The notes beneath the pieces were generated by a model. It was given only the letters and a program-made list of their open reading frames with translations, had not been told where the DNA came from and did no database searches. Of a stretch of DNA of 64,000 nt, positions 53,330 through 64,000 are shown piece after piece (the stretch's first letter is position 1; every line of letters begins with the position of its first letter). The stretch is from an uncultured euryarchaeote. GTDB taxonomy: Archaea > Thermoplasmatota > Poseidoniia > Poseidoniales > Poseidoniaceae. The translations under genes were made by a program, and so were the position numbers. The stretch covers positions 46,335-110,334 of the forward strand of contig CAXFAS010000003.1 in NCBI GenBank assembly GCA_964001175.1. Reading direction: 5' to 3'.

Positions 53330-56300
53330 TCAAATTTCCTCTTCGGACTCGATTACTTCTTCTTCAAGCATTTCTGAAGCCTCTTCCGTAGATACGGCTT
53401 GCCTCAAATCTTGCATTTCTTCAATATCCTCTGTAAGTTCAGCAGTTCTTTCTCCAAGTCCAATCATAGAACTATCTTCTTGTGATTTTTCAATATGGTT
53501 GAGTAAGCCACCCAAACTACCTGGAGGAGATAAAGGCTCAGGAACTTCTGGCATTTCAAATTCGACTTTTTCAGCCTCATCTCTCCTCAAAGCGTTCATG
53601 CTAGCAATCTTCTCAGCCTCTTTCTCGGCCTCAGCACCCAACTTTATAGCGCGCTCTCTGTCGAAATCAACAATTCTACGACTGCAACCATCGCCTCCAT
53701 GAGTTATTCCGATATGGTGGTCAGCAAGTCTTAGTGAAACCTTCCTTAGTGTCACCATGATGAATTGTGCCTTCTTACTCCTTTGTCTACACATTTCTGC
53801 GATTCTTTCAGCATTTGTTCCATCCAAATTCTGATCGACTTCATCGAAATAATAGAATGGACTTGGATCATAGTCTTGAATTGCAAAAATAAGTGCTAAT
53901 GCAGCCATTGATTGCTCTCCACCTGAAAGTTGAAGTCGGCTAACCTTAGATGATTTTCCTTTTGGCTTAGCCCAAAGTTCTAATCCTCCCTTAAATGGAT
54001 CGTCTGGATTCTCCAAGTATAGTTCTCCTTTTCCTCCATCACTTAGAACGTTATATGAAACCTTGAAATTTTCATTTACCTGTTCTAATACCTTTACTAG
54101 CCTGTCTTTTCTTTGTGTTTCTAACTTTTCGGTTACATCAATTAACGAATTTCTTCTCTTTTGTAGAATCTTGAAATCGTCTTTCATGTCATTTAGTCGA
54201 GCCTCACAACTCTCGAATTGCTCAATTGCAAGCATATTCACCGGCCCATAAGCCTCCATTCTTCTTTCTAATGATCGTACCTTCTTTTCAGATTCACCAA
54301 CAGAAGGTAGGGTCTTATTGGATTCTGCTGGTTCTATTCCTGCAAGTTTCATTTCCTGTAATAATTCAACAAGAGCTGTCTCTTTAGTTATCAATGAGCG
54401 ACCTACTTCATCACTCATTCTTTTACGAGACTGGGCATCAGTGGCTTTTTGTGTTAGAGAAGTCCTTAGGCTACCTCTTTCATCAACTAATTCTAATCTT
54501 TCATCTTCCAATCCTTTGTTCTCTTCCAAGAACTCTGAAAGTTCTTCTTGTTTTTCTTTTAATTCTATAGAATCGGTTTCTACGGCTGATTTTAATTCTT
54601 CAATTAAGACTTTGTCCTTTGAAATAGATGCATCTAATGAGTCTATTCTAGTTTGTGTATCAGATACTCTTTGAGATAATAATTCTCTATGAGTACTTCC
54701 ACTTTCTAGAGCAGTTTCTGCTTTAGATTTGAGCCCCTCTGCATCTAAACGTTTCATCTGAGCTGAATGCATTCTATCTTTTAGATGACTTGGACTTGCC
54801 AACTCGACAGCTTCTCTAGCAGATTCGCAGTGTGCCTCCATAATTTCAACTTGGTTTTGTGAACTATCTAGGTCTTCAAGGTTTGAACGCGCAAGTGATT
54901 CTAATTCACTAAGCTTCTTTTCTATTTCTGCTACAGCGCCTAGAGATTTATTGTGGTTAGTTTTTGCTTGCTTTAATTCGGCACGCCATTCTTGTAATCT
55001 AACTGCATCTTCCCCATCAGATAATTGGTTAATATTAACTCTAATAATTTGCTGTTGCCTTCTTGCTTCGACAAGAGCAGCGGATACAGTATCAGACATC
55101 AAGCGAAACTTCTCTACTTCTCCAGATAATTTTTCGACTTCGGAGGCACCTTTAATTCGGCCCCCAAAAGATACTGACATCTTTCTCTTAGAACCACCAA
55201 TCATTGCGCCACCGGCTTCTGTAACATCTCCTCTGAGAGTTACTAGCCTGATGCCGCCCATATGAGCCCTAGCTGTTGACATTGAATCTACAATCAAAGT
55301 ATTTCTCAAAACAAATCTAATTACAGTATCTATTTTTGGATCGTAATCTAGAAGTTCATGAGCAAAACCGATTACTCCTGGTTTATTTGAAACCATAAGA
55401 GCTTTTCCAGCTGCTCTAGTACTTGTTAATTTATTCAATGGCAGAAAAGTTGCACGTCCTGCCCTATTTTCTGCTAACCACCTTATTGCTTGGGCCGCAA
55501 CTTCATCGTTTTCAACGACTAATGAAGTCATTGCACCGCCTATTGCCGTAGCAAGTGCAGATTCATGAGAATCATCTATTGGAGCGCATAATTCAGCAAT
55601 TGAGCCTATAATGCCCTTTAGTTCACCTCTATCTCTAGCAGAAATTACGGCTGCTGCGCCACCTGCCATGCCTTTTGAACCGCTAGAAGTTTCCATCTCT
55701 GCCCTTGTTCTCTCTAATTTCCTTTCCGTCTCTCGTAATTTAGTTTCTATAATTTGAGATTCTTCAACTAGTTTTTGTTCAGCATTTTGTGCGTCGATTA
55801 ATTGTTTTGATAATTTATTTCTATCTTTTTCAGGAGAGTTGCCAGATAGTTCTTGGCCTTTAAGTTCCAACTCACCCAATGTCAATCTTGCTTCTTCTGA
55901 TTCGTTTTGAGCTTGTGAAAGTTGTTCAGATATTATTTCGGCTTGTGCAGCGGTCCTATCAACTTCGCTTTGAACTTCAGAAAGTTTATTTCTAGCATCT
56001 TCTAATTGCTTTATTGCTTTAGAGAGATTCCTAGATAACTCAGCGCTTTCATCATTTGAGGATTCCATAATATTAGTTATTTCTTGCTCCTCTAATTGTG
56101 CTTCTTTCAATGCCGCATGTGCAGCTTCTAAGTCTTGCTTTGCAGAATCAAGTGATTCTGAAAATTCTTTTTCGGCAGAAGAAGCCTCTTCGAGTTGAAT
56201 GATTAAATTCTCCAATTCGGCTTGGTTTTCAGAAATTTTAGAAGTCATATCGCCAATTTTATCTTTATTACCATCGATTTTTAGGTGTAAGTCAAAAATC

Positions 56301-57226
56301 TGAGTATTTAGTCCATTAGAATCTCCACCCATCAATTCTTCAATCTGTTTTTGTAAAACTCCGATTCTATCTTCTAATGCGAGAAGAGATTTTGCACCTT
56401 CCCTTACTTCAGATTCCAACTCATTGGCCTCTTCCAAATATCGACTTTGTTCACTTAACTGATATTCTTTTTCAGCTAATTGGCTAGCATAATTAGACTG
56501 ATATGCCGTAGTTCTAGCTTGGTTTAATTCATCGGCTAAGTCTTTTGCTTTTACAGCAATATCTTTCTCTTTCCTTAATTCTTTAAGTCGGACTTTTTGT
56601 TCTTCTTCCAAAAGTCCGATTCTTTCAATGTATGCTTCGACATTCTCTTTTTGTTTGTCGGCCTTTCGGATTTCCTCATCGTATGATGTTACACCTGCTA
56701 CGCTATCAAGTACCTTTCTTCTTTCTTTTGAGGTCATTTTAGCTAAACTGGTTACATCTCCTTGTAAAACAATATTATATCCATCTGGTCTTGCATTTGC
56801 AGCACCTAAAATTCTGTGGAATGATTTTTGACTACTTTCTTCACCGTCTAACAAATATTGAGTTACTACATTATTTGATTTAGTGAGGCGTATCTTTCTA
56901 GTCATCCTAACTTCATCTGAATCAATTGGTAATCTTCTCCTCTTACTAGATAAAACTGGATTTGCAAAAATCAATGTTACTTCGCATGAACGAGCAGGTT
57001 TGGAATTTTTTCCACCATTGAAAATCAAGTCTTTCGAATTCTGAGCCCTAATCGTCTTGTTTGAACGTGGACCAAGAACGAATTGTATAGCGTCACCGCA
57101 ATTTGATTTACCAGATCCATTAGGCCCTGTTATTGCAGTAAATCCTCTATCTAAGGGGATAGTTACCTCGCCCTTAAATGATTTAAAATTTGAAATTTCA
57201 ATTTCTTTTAGATACATTCCCATCAC
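53330..57226 (-). CDS. smc: Chromosome segregation protein SMC
   Basis: NFKSF, GPNGSGKSN, hinge GRATFLPL, LSGGEQ, FDEVD. Confidence 0.97.
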   Translation of the reverse strand: MMGMYLKEIEISNFKSFKGEVTIPLDRGFTAITGPNGSGKSNCGDAIQFVLGPRSNKTIRAQNSKDLIFNGGKNSKPARSCEVTLIFANPVLSSKRRRLPIDSDEVRMTRKIRLTKSNNVVTQYLLDGEESSQKSFHRILGAANARPDGYNIVLQGDVTSLAKMTSKERRKVLDSVAGVTSYDEEIRKADKQKENVEAYIERIGLLEEEQKVRLKELRKEKDIAVKAKDLADELNQARTTAYQSNYASQLAEKEYQLSEQSRYLEEANELESEVREGAKSLLALEDRIGVLQKQIEELMGGDSNGLNTQIFDLHLKIDGNKDKIGDMTSKISENQAELENLIIQLEEASSAEKEFSESLDSAKQDLEAAHAALKEAQLEEQEITNIMESSNDESAELSRNLSKAIKQLEDARNKLSEVQSEVDRTAAQAEIISEQLSQAQNESEEARLTLGELELKGQELSGNSPEKDRNKLSKQLIDAQNAEQKLVEESQIIETKLRETERKLERTRAEMETSSGSKGMAGGAAAVISARDRGELKGIIGSIAELCAPIDDSHESALATAIGGAMTSLVVENDEVAAQAIRWLAENRAGRATFLPLNKLTSTRAAGKALMVSNKPGVIGFAHELLDYDPKIDTVIRFVLRNTLIVDSMSTARAHMGGIRLVTLRGDVTEAGGAMIGGSKRKMSVSFGGRIKGASEVEKLSGEVEKFRLMSDTVSAALVEARRQQQIIRVNINQLSDGEDAVRLQEWRAELKQAKTNHNKSLGAVAEIEKKLSELESLARSNLEDLDSSQNQVEIMEAHCESAREAVELASPSHLKDRMHSAQMKRLDAEGLKSKAETALESGSTHRELLSQRVSDTQTRIDSLDASISKDKVLIEELKSAVETDSIELKEKQEELSEFLEENKGLEDERLELVDERGSLRTSLTQKATDAQSRKRMSDEVGRSLITKETALVELLQEMKLAGIEPAESNKTLPSVGESEKKVRSLERRMEAYGPVNMLAIEQFESCEARLNDMKDDFKILQKRRNSLIDVTEKLETQRKDRLVKVLEQVNENFKVSYNVLSDGGKGELYLENPDDPFKGGLELWAKPKGKSSKVSRLQLSGGEQSMAALALIFAIQDYDPSPFYYFDEVDQNLDGTNAERIAEMCRQRSKKAQFIMVTLRKVSLRLADHHIGITHGGDGCSRRIVDFDRERAIKLGAEAEKEAEKIASMNALRRDEAEKVEFEMPEVPEPLSPPGSLGGLLNHIEKSQEDSSMIGLGERTAELTEDIEEMQDLRQAVSTEEASEMLEEEVIESEEEI

Positions 57227-57347
57227 TCATCCGGAAAAATCTCCGACCTTAACGGGCACATCGGGAATCTAGAGGTATTAAACTATGCGAGAGATAAAGC
57301 CTCAATAACACGGTTTACAGGGGTAAACTATTTTGCCGTTGAACCGC

Positions 57348-58124
57348 TTAAATTGTGCCTGTCCAATCGCATTTCTTACAACCGCCACCTTTACAATATG
57401 GGCATGTCGCATTTACTTTGATACTGCTCTTACTTCTAGACATGGAAAGTTTAGAATCTCTGTGCATCAATGGAGAGCGGGCTACTCTTTGTTGCTTTCC
57501 TTCTAACTCCGATAGAGGTCTTGCAGTTGTCCCGAACGTTGATCTAAATTTATCAGCAACTTCTCTTCTTCCTTCAAGCCTTTTATTGGTTTGTTCAATC
57601 GCCTCAGCCTCCCAATATTTAGGACCACGCATCAAAAATGCGCCGATAACTGCCAAGCCAATTTGAACAAAAAGAGGAGATACATCGAAAGGAATCAAAG
57701 TTGCAATACCTTCCGATCCGACTGCAGTAGGTAAAACATTAAGCCTATCAAGAATTGCTAATCCGAAAAATGAACACCCTGTAACAAACATTATTTTTCT
57801 AATTCTTACAGCCCATCTGCCTTTTTGTGGTAATTTAATTCTACCCACTAAAAGGATAAATAATCCCTCACCAAGAAGTAGAAAATCGGCACCATTCCAT
57901 TCCCCTACTGGACCCAAACAAAAACTGTCATTGCCTTGTGAAAGCTCAAGTTCGATATCTGAAATAGCACAATGAGGCTCGACCATCTTCATTACATCTA
58001 ATTTGGCCGGCTCTGAACCATCAATAATTTCCGGAGCAATTAAACCGAATTGGACATTTACAATAACAAATGATACCATCAATATCCCGATTGTTGGACC
58101 AATGTAGCGGCCAACTATGCCCAT
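57348..58124 (-). CDS. Membrane protein with C-terminal Cys4 zinc finger
   Basis: About 4 TMs; CPYCKGGGCKKCDWTG. Confidence 0.7.
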   Translation of the reverse strand: MGIVGRYIGPTIGILMVSFVIVNVQFGLIAPEIIDGSEPAKLDVMKMVEPHCAISDIELELSQGNDSFCLGPVGEWNGADFLLLGEGLFILLVGRIKLPQKGRWAVRIRKIMFVTGCSFFGLAILDRLNVLPTAVGSEGIATLIPFDVSPLFVQIGLAVIGAFLMRGPKYWEAEAIEQTNKRLEGRREVADKFRSTFGTTARPLSELEGKQQRVARSPLMHRDSKLSMSRSKSSIKVNATCPYCKGGGCKKCDWTGTI

Positions 58125-58211
58125 GTACTAGCGACACGGTATTTACTGATAGTGATATCGCTCAAAATACTCAAATGAAGGCGTCCCCACGAATGTATTG
58201 AGGGGCACAGT

Positions 58212-59831
58212 ATGGCTGAGATAATTATCATTGGCAGCGGCATTGCAGGTTTATTTGCTGCATTGAAAATTGCCGATGCCGATAATAATGTCACCGTAAT
58301 AACAAAACAACGATTGAAAGATTCCTCTACTAATTGGGCACAAGGCGGGATTGCTGGCATTCTTGATAAAACTGATCTCGATGGTATCGATTCACATATC
58401 CAAGATACTCTAAGTTCTGGAGATGGCATGTGTGATGAGATGGTTGTAAACGAAGTCATTAGAAGTGCTAGCGACTGTATTCATGAATTACTAAAAATTG
58501 GTGTTAAATTTGAAAAGAACAAAACAGGAGAATTTAGTTTAGCAAAAGAAGGAGGACATTCTTCTAGGAGAATTTTTCATTCTAAAGACGCAACTGGCAA
58601 GGAAATAGAAAGAGCGCTAAGCAACGCAGCTAAGAATCACAAAAATATATCTTTGAAACCCAATATGCTTGCAATAGACTTGATTCAATCGGAACATGGT
58701 AATCCAAGCGCTGGAATCACAGGAATTTGGTGCCTGAACCAAGAGTCCTCTAAAGTTGAAACATTTTCTGCAGATTCAATAATTCTTGCAACTGGCGGTG
58801 TTGGACAACTGTGGAGTCAAACCACTAATCCTAGTGTTGCAACTGGTGACGGGCTTGCAATGGCCTGGAGAGCAGGTGCCAAAGTCAAAGATATGGCATT
58901 TATTCAATTCCACCCAACTGCACTAAGCATTTCGACAGATAGACCATTTCTAATCACTGAAGCATTGAGAGGAGAAGGAGGAGTCATACTGGATTATGAA
59001 GGCTTGAATCGATGGAAAAAAGATTGTAAAGATAGTTTGGCGAGAAATTTACAACCCCCACACCCTAATGAGTACTCTTTCATCTTAGAATTCTCACCCC
59101 TTGGCTCCATGGCCACTAGAGATATTGTTGCTAGATCAATCGATATTAATCTAAAAAAGTCTGGCCGTAATAATGTATTCTTGATTACTTCTCATTTAGA
59201 TAGTAAGTCCCTTCAAAAACAATTCCCTAACATTCAGTCTAGACTGGATAGACATAAACTCAAACTAGGCATTGATGACTTACCCATTTCTCCTGCAGCA
59301 CACTATGTAGTTGGTGGATTAGATGTCGATAAGTTTGGTAGGCCCAAACTAAGAGATAGCGACGAGATTTTTCCCCGATTATATGCTATTGGTGAAGTTG
59401 CCTGTACAGGAATGCATGGTGCTAATCGGCTGGCATCAAACAGTTTATTGGAAGCAGTTGTATATGCAGATAAAGCATCGAACCATATTATCAATAATGT
59501 ATCCAATATAGAGGCGAAAGAAATCCCCCAGTGGAGAGAGGAAGGTCTCGATTTGTTGGTAGAACATGCACCTATTGTAAATGACTTAACTTTACTCCGT
59601 TCTACAATGTCTAAAGAAGTAGGAGTTGTACGACGCTTTCAAAGATTGGAAAGAGCATCGAGAAGATTGAAATTATTAGGTCAAGAAATTGACTTAATTT
59701 GGAGAAATTCTTTTGCCACCAGAGAAATAGTAGAACTTAGAAACCTTATTTTAATTGGACAATTAGTGACTAATGATGCATTAAATAGAACCGAAAACAA
59801 AGGATTGCACTATAATTCTGATCTCTCATGA
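58212..59831 (+). CDS. nadB: L-aspartate oxidase
   Basis: GSGIAG, WAQGGIA, EGGHS, QFHPT, TEALRGEG, HGANRLASNSL. Confidence 0.95.
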   Translation: MAEIIIIGSGIAGLFAALKIADADNNVTVITKQRLKDSSTNWAQGGIAGILDKTDLDGIDSHIQDTLSSGDGMCDEMVVNEVIRSASDCIHELLKIGVKFEKNKTGEFSLAKEGGHSSRRIFHSKDATGKEIERALSNAAKNHKNISLKPNMLAIDLIQSEHGNPSAGITGIWCLNQESSKVETFSADSIILATGGVGQLWSQTTNPSVATGDGLAMAWRAGAKVKDMAFIQFHPTALSISTDRPFLITEALRGEGGVILDYEGLNRWKKDCKDSLARNLQPPHPNEYSFILEFSPLGSMATRDIVARSIDINLKKSGRNNVFLITSHLDSKSLQKQFPNIQSRLDRHKLKLGIDDLPISPAAHYVVGGLDVDKFGRPKLRDSDEIFPRLYAIGEVACTGMHGANRLASNSLLEAVVYADKASNHIINNVSNIEAKEIPQWREEGLDLLVEHAPIVNDLTLLRSTMSKEVGVVRRFQRLERASRRLKLLGQEIDLIWRNSFATREIVELRNLILIGQLVTNDALNRTENKGLHYNSDLS

Positions 59832-60758
59832 ATTAATAGATTTAATCAATTCGCTTAGAAGATGATTTCTAGGCGTTGAAACACCATATCTCTCAGCGCG
59901 CTGAACAATTGCCTGATTTAGGAATTCGATTTCAGTGCTTCTGCCCTTTTTTATGTCTTGTAGCATGCTGCAATAATTATTCTTAGTAGACTCTATTACA
60001 TGCGATAGCCGAGAAATCAATTCTTCATCCGAAGGCAAATTCACTCTCTCCTGTCTAGCAATGTTAGCACCCTCAATCATGACAGAAGAACATAATTCGA
60101 ATAATTCAGGCTGCAATAAATTACCATTTTTACAACCAATTAGAGCTGCTATAGGATTTATGCTAATATTTAGCAGTACCTTGGACCAAACTAAACTTCT
60201 TCCGTCTTCAACCCATTGAGGATTAAGTCCACAATTAGAAAGTAAATCAATCAATTCTTCAGCCTCATTCAAACCGGGTCCATCAGTAAATCTTCCAATA
60301 GAGATAATTCCTTTTCCAGCCCACTCTATAACTCCGGGTTCAGGCCTCCAAGCACCATGAGATATAGATGATGAGAACACTCTTTGAGGTCCGAAATATT
60401 CGATACATTTCTCAATATGCCCTAGACCATTACTGAGGCATAAAACCTTAGAATCTTGATGCAAAAGATTTCTTGATTTATTTATCATATTTTCAACATC
60501 ATTTGCTTTACATGTAATTAGCAAATAATCTATTTTCCCATCCAATCCTTGGTATATACCAACTTCATCAAGTGATACAATCATATTATCATTAGAGACT
60601 GAAAAATTCTCTTCACCCTGAACTTTTATCCCGCTTAGTGCAATTGTTGATCCGTGTTCTCCTCGAGCATGAATCAATAGATTTCCAATTCCAAAGTTAG
60701 AGATCTTTGCCGCAATTAGTGAACCGATTGAACCGGCTCCTAAAATGGCTATATTCAT
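59826..60758 (-). CDS. panE: Ketopantoate reductase
   Basis: GAGSIG, SNGLG, WSKVLLN, SMLQD, TEIEFLN. Confidence 0.92.
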   Translation of the reverse strand: MNIAILGAGSIGSLIAAKISNFGIGNLLIHARGEHGSTIALSGIKVQGEENFSVSNDNMIVSLDEVGIYQGLDGKIDYLLITCKANDVENMINKSRNLLHQDSKVLCLSNGLGHIEKCIEYFGPQRVFSSSISHGAWRPEPGVIEWAGKGIISIGRFTDGPGLNEAEELIDLLSNCGLNPQWVEDGRSLVWSKVLLNISINPIAALIGCKNGNLLQPELFELCSSVMIEGANIARQERVNLPSDEELISRLSHVIESTKNNYCSMLQDIKKGRSTEIEFLNQAIVQRAERYGVSTPRNHLLSELIKSINS

Positions 60759-60767
60759 TTTTCCACC

Positions 60768-63338
60768 TCACATATAACTTCCAAGATATATGTACACTTG
60801 ACCATCTTGATGATCTAACCTCATGGTCGAAAAAGTACTATTTGAGGGGCTAAATTCAAAATTATTTATTCCAGGATTAAGATTTGGAGTTGAATCAATA
60901 ATTGACCATTCTTGAGTATCATTTCCTAATGTTATTTGCACAATATTTACTGGAATCGAATTATTTGATGGATTATAAATCTCAAAATCTGACATCTCAG
61001 GATGTAATAGAGTTCCATTCATTGCTGCAGCCCATACGCTAGTCCAAATACGATGAGATGCTCCTTCTCTAGAAATAATTAGTTCTGGACCTCTTTCAAC
61101 AGAAATATTGTACTCAGGAATAGGATAAAGGGATTCTGAACAAATAGTCAAGCTACCCTTATCTGGAACTTTTAGAACTAAAGAAGTGTTTTCTTTTAGT
61201 GTTGGAATTTGTGCAATACCTCGATATTCCATATCCCAAATCCATGATTCATTAATTGAACTAGGTTTTGCAGGAGTACTGACCTTCGGCTCAAGTTCAC
61301 AATATTGAGTATCAAGTGATAAGATATTACCCGGACTGATAACAAGTCCCCAGCCTGTTAGATTACTACTATCAACATTCCATCCCTCAGAAGGTATTAT
61401 TGCTCTATTTGGCAATAATGGTTGCATTGGTAAGAAGGTATTGTTATCAATCATTACAATGTTTAGAACATTTGACCTCATTAAAACAATGAGATCTTGT
61501 CCTTTGATACATAATTGATCGGATTCTGGAGAAATTGACGCATTTAATCCTTGAAAACCTTCAATCCAGTACATTCTTGTTTGGAAATCTATAGATTGCG
61601 AAGATAACGGGAAAGAGACATTTATATTTTCTTGGGAGTCGATATTTATCTCTAAACAACGCTTAACCTCTCCGTTGGATTCGATTAACTGCCAATCAGA
61701 ACTTGGGTATGCCACCAAGTCGGGATGAACTCTAATCGTATCCCATGAGGGTTCATTATCTACGTATGTGATAAGATAAATTTCCTCTGAAATTGGAGAA
61801 AAGATCTCACTATTCCAAGTCATATTCAGTATTACAGAAGTCTTCATACCTGGTAAAATTTCATCACCACAACCTAAACCATCTATTGAAGGTGAATCAT
61901 CATCGCTACAGTCCCAATTTATATCCCAATTATCAGAAACAATCTCATTAACTCTAGCCAAATCTAATGACCAGTATTGTTTAATCGAAGAAGGATTAAT
62001 TATCTCAATTTCCAACTCTCCTGCCCAAGTTCCATTGAATTCAAAAACTGAAAATTGATTTTCAAAGTCGTATTCTATAGAATCATCCCAATCATCATCC
62101 ATAGCGAAAGGTGTTTGACTTGGAAGTGATATCATGAATACTAAAAAGAGCACTAAGCCCATTTTCGATACTGAATTGGGTTCTATACCTTTAGGTTCGT
62201 CAAGAACTATTGGTATTCTTTTATCAGAACCCATGAACAGCAATAGTGGGATAATTACACCAAGAATAGGCAACCAAATTGTAAATCCATCGAATGCTTC
62301 AAACATCCATGCAAAGACTAAGATTATCATGAATAGGAAAAACTGGTTTGATGGATTTCTAGCATCATTAAGGCCTACTCTGGCGACTAAAACCCTACCG
62401 CCTGGGAAAGTAGGAATCGGTAGTAATGAAATCCATCCATAGAAGCAGAGTAATGTTCCGGCTTTAGTAAATGGATGAGCCCAAAGTAATCTGACAGAAA
62501 TATCATCATAGGTAATAACGCTAATTAGATTTACCAACAAAGGAGCATCAGAAACATACTGCTTTGAAGTTATTTCAACAAACTCTGGGGTCAAAAATAA
62601 ACCTACTAGCCAAAGAAAAGTACCGAAAGATACGAAGATAATAGGCACAGATAAGGCAACCCAGCCCAAAGATTCTCTATTTTTCCACGGCCTTGCATCC
62701 ATTCTAGGTAGTGAAGGGATGAGTAATAGTCCAAATGGCCAGATCAAATATGATTTTGACAAGAAACCTAGGCTGAAAAGAGCGATTGTTGGTTCTGGAA
62801 GTGGAAGCAGATGTCCAACTCTAACTCCTTTTCTTTCCGCCCACTTCTTTTGAACAAATGTCGCAATCAGCATTACTGACATTACTGGTAAAACATATCC
62901 AATAAGAGCATCCAAAAATAAAGAATTTTGAAACCAACCACCCTCGGGTATAGAACCATCAATCCAGTACATTCCTGCCAAAGAAAGTGATACTGCAGTC
63001 AAAGACCACATCGCAATTAGACTCTTTTTTGATGGAAATTGTCTTTCAGGAAGAGGTAGTACCTGTAGAATCCATGGTTCACCAAACTCTAGTTTAATCA
63101 TCCAACCAAGTTTTTTCAGATAATTATTTGCGGATTCAACAGAATCATGTATATCTTTTTCATCTTTTGAATCTGCTTTCCAAATAGGCCACCGACTTCC
63201 ACCAATCTCTCCATACAAATGGAAATATCTTTTCAAAACAGATTCTAGTAATTGCTTTTGATCCCAAGGCTTTTTTTGAGCAATCAAAGGCTCAATTTGC
63301 TCTGAGTCGATAGTTTTTGAACCATTAGCCTCAGACAT
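60768..63338 (-). CDS. Site-2 protease (M50)-like membrane protein, apparently inactive, with large ectodomain
   Basis: M50-like layout (AERKGV..P, AHP..AG, LLPIP..GG) but no HExxH. Confidence 0.65.
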   Translation of the reverse strand: MSEANGSKTIDSEQIEPLIAQKKPWDQKQLLESVLKRYFHLYGEIGGSRWPIWKADSKDEKDIHDSVESANNYLKKLGWMIKLEFGEPWILQVLPLPERQFPSKKSLIAMWSLTAVSLSLAGMYWIDGSIPEGGWFQNSLFLDALIGYVLPVMSVMLIATFVQKKWAERKGVRVGHLLPLPEPTIALFSLGFLSKSYLIWPFGLLLIPSLPRMDARPWKNRESLGWVALSVPIIFVSFGTFLWLVGLFLTPEFVEITSKQYVSDAPLLVNLISVITYDDISVRLLWAHPFTKAGTLLCFYGWISLLPIPTFPGGRVLVARVGLNDARNPSNQFFLFMIILVFAWMFEAFDGFTIWLPILGVIIPLLLFMGSDKRIPIVLDEPKGIEPNSVSKMGLVLFLVFMISLPSQTPFAMDDDWDDSIEYDFENQFSVFEFNGTWAGELEIEIINPSSIKQYWSLDLARVNEIVSDNWDINWDCSDDDSPSIDGLGCGDEILPGMKTSVILNMTWNSEIFSPISEEIYLITYVDNEPSWDTIRVHPDLVAYPSSDWQLIESNGEVKRCLEINIDSQENINVSFPLSSQSIDFQTRMYWIEGFQGLNASISPESDQLCIKGQDLIVLMRSNVLNIVMIDNNTFLPMQPLLPNRAIIPSEGWNVDSSNLTGWGLVISPGNILSLDTQYCELEPKVSTPAKPSSINESWIWDMEYRGIAQIPTLKENTSLVLKVPDKGSLTICSESLYPIPEYNISVERGPELIISREGASHRIWTSVWAAAMNGTLLHPEMSDFEIYNPSNNSIPVNIVQITLGNDTQEWSIIDSTPNLNPGINNFEFSPSNSTFSTMRLDHQDGQVYIYLGSYM

Positions 63339-63411
63339 TTGACTTCCTCGATGTTAACCTGTCGGGATTTTCCTACTTTAACCATCGGAGAATAAGGATT
63401 GAAAAAATCAA

Positions 63412-64000
63412 TCACTTATTCTTGAAACGCTTGAGACGGAATGTTTCCTCTCTTTCCATTTCTTCTAGTCTAAGTTGAATAAATACCTTAGCTTCTTCTA
63501 GTTCTGGGATTACTTTGAACTCCAAAGCATTTACACGTCGCTTAGTCGCTTCAATTTCTTCTAATAATCGCTTAAGTGTAGCTTCCATTTCAGAAGCAAT
63601 AACAATCTTTTCAATCAAGTTGCTAAATGAATCTCCTGCCTCATCAATATACGGAGAAGAACCAATGTATCCAACTCCTCTCTCCTTGAATGTTGATTTC
63701 AAGTTAGAACCGCTGACACTAGGAACAACTACTCCCATTATGTTTCTTCTCTCAACTTCGACTTCAGGATGGGCACTGTTAGCAATTGCAGTTGCCCTAA
63801 CAGCAAGACCACCTTCTATTGCATTAGCCAAATCAATTCTCTGTTTAGCTAATCTGTAGGAATCTGTAAGATCACGCTTTGCTTCAATCATTTTTGATAA
63901 AAGTTGACGGAACTCATGGAATAGACCATCTCGCTTCATCTTCAGTAATTTGTAGCCATTTTTAGTTTGTTTAATCCTTGCTTTGAGCTTGATTAGTTCA
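63412..64000 (-). CDS. atpD: A/V-type ATP synthase subunit D, 5' end outside window
   Basis: ELIKLK...GYKLLKMKRD, NIMGVVVP, TKRRVNALE, EREETFRLK. Confidence 0.95.
   Translation of the reverse strand, partial: ELIKLKARIKQTKNGYKLLKMKRDGLFHEFRQLLSKMIEAKRDLTDSYRLAKQRIDLANAIEGGLAVRATAIANSAHPEVEVERRNIMGVVVPSVSGSNLKSTFKERGVGYIGSSPYIDEAGDSFSNLIEKIVIASEMEATLKRLLEEIEATKRRVNALEFKVIPELEEAKVFIQLRLEEMEREETFRLKRFKNK

Noticed and set aside
57249..57256. TTAACGGG upstream of smc, matching the array unit CCCGTTAA
   Set aside because: Single 8-mer; also occurs inside a CDS at 31625, so chance is sufficient

Overview
Gene-dense, AT-rich archaeal chromosome segment. Archaeal information genes (Cdc6/Orc1, eS6, aIF2-gamma, Dph2, Hel308, two RPA subunits, Cgi121, A-type ATPase D) occur with bacterial-type gyrase, class II HMG-CoA reductase and large PKD surface peptidases. 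This mix fits a Thermoplasmatota lineage, most plausibly Marine Group II (Poseidoniales); the taxonomy is inferred. No rRNA, tRNA, CRISPR array or mobile element was seen. Strongest oddities: (1) a minimal Tad/type IV pilus-like operon apparently headed by a gene resembling phage tail tube-initiator proteins; (2) a helically phased, near-palindromic TAACG array upstream of a degenerate AAA+/winged-helix + beta-propeller + DUF357 operon, close to smc-scpA-scpB; (3) a canonical EF-hand loop at the GyrA C-terminus; (4) scpB lacking a canonical start before its conserved N-terminus; (5) several apparent pseudoenzymes or unusual fusions. All family assignments come from motif recognition by eye, with no database searches.
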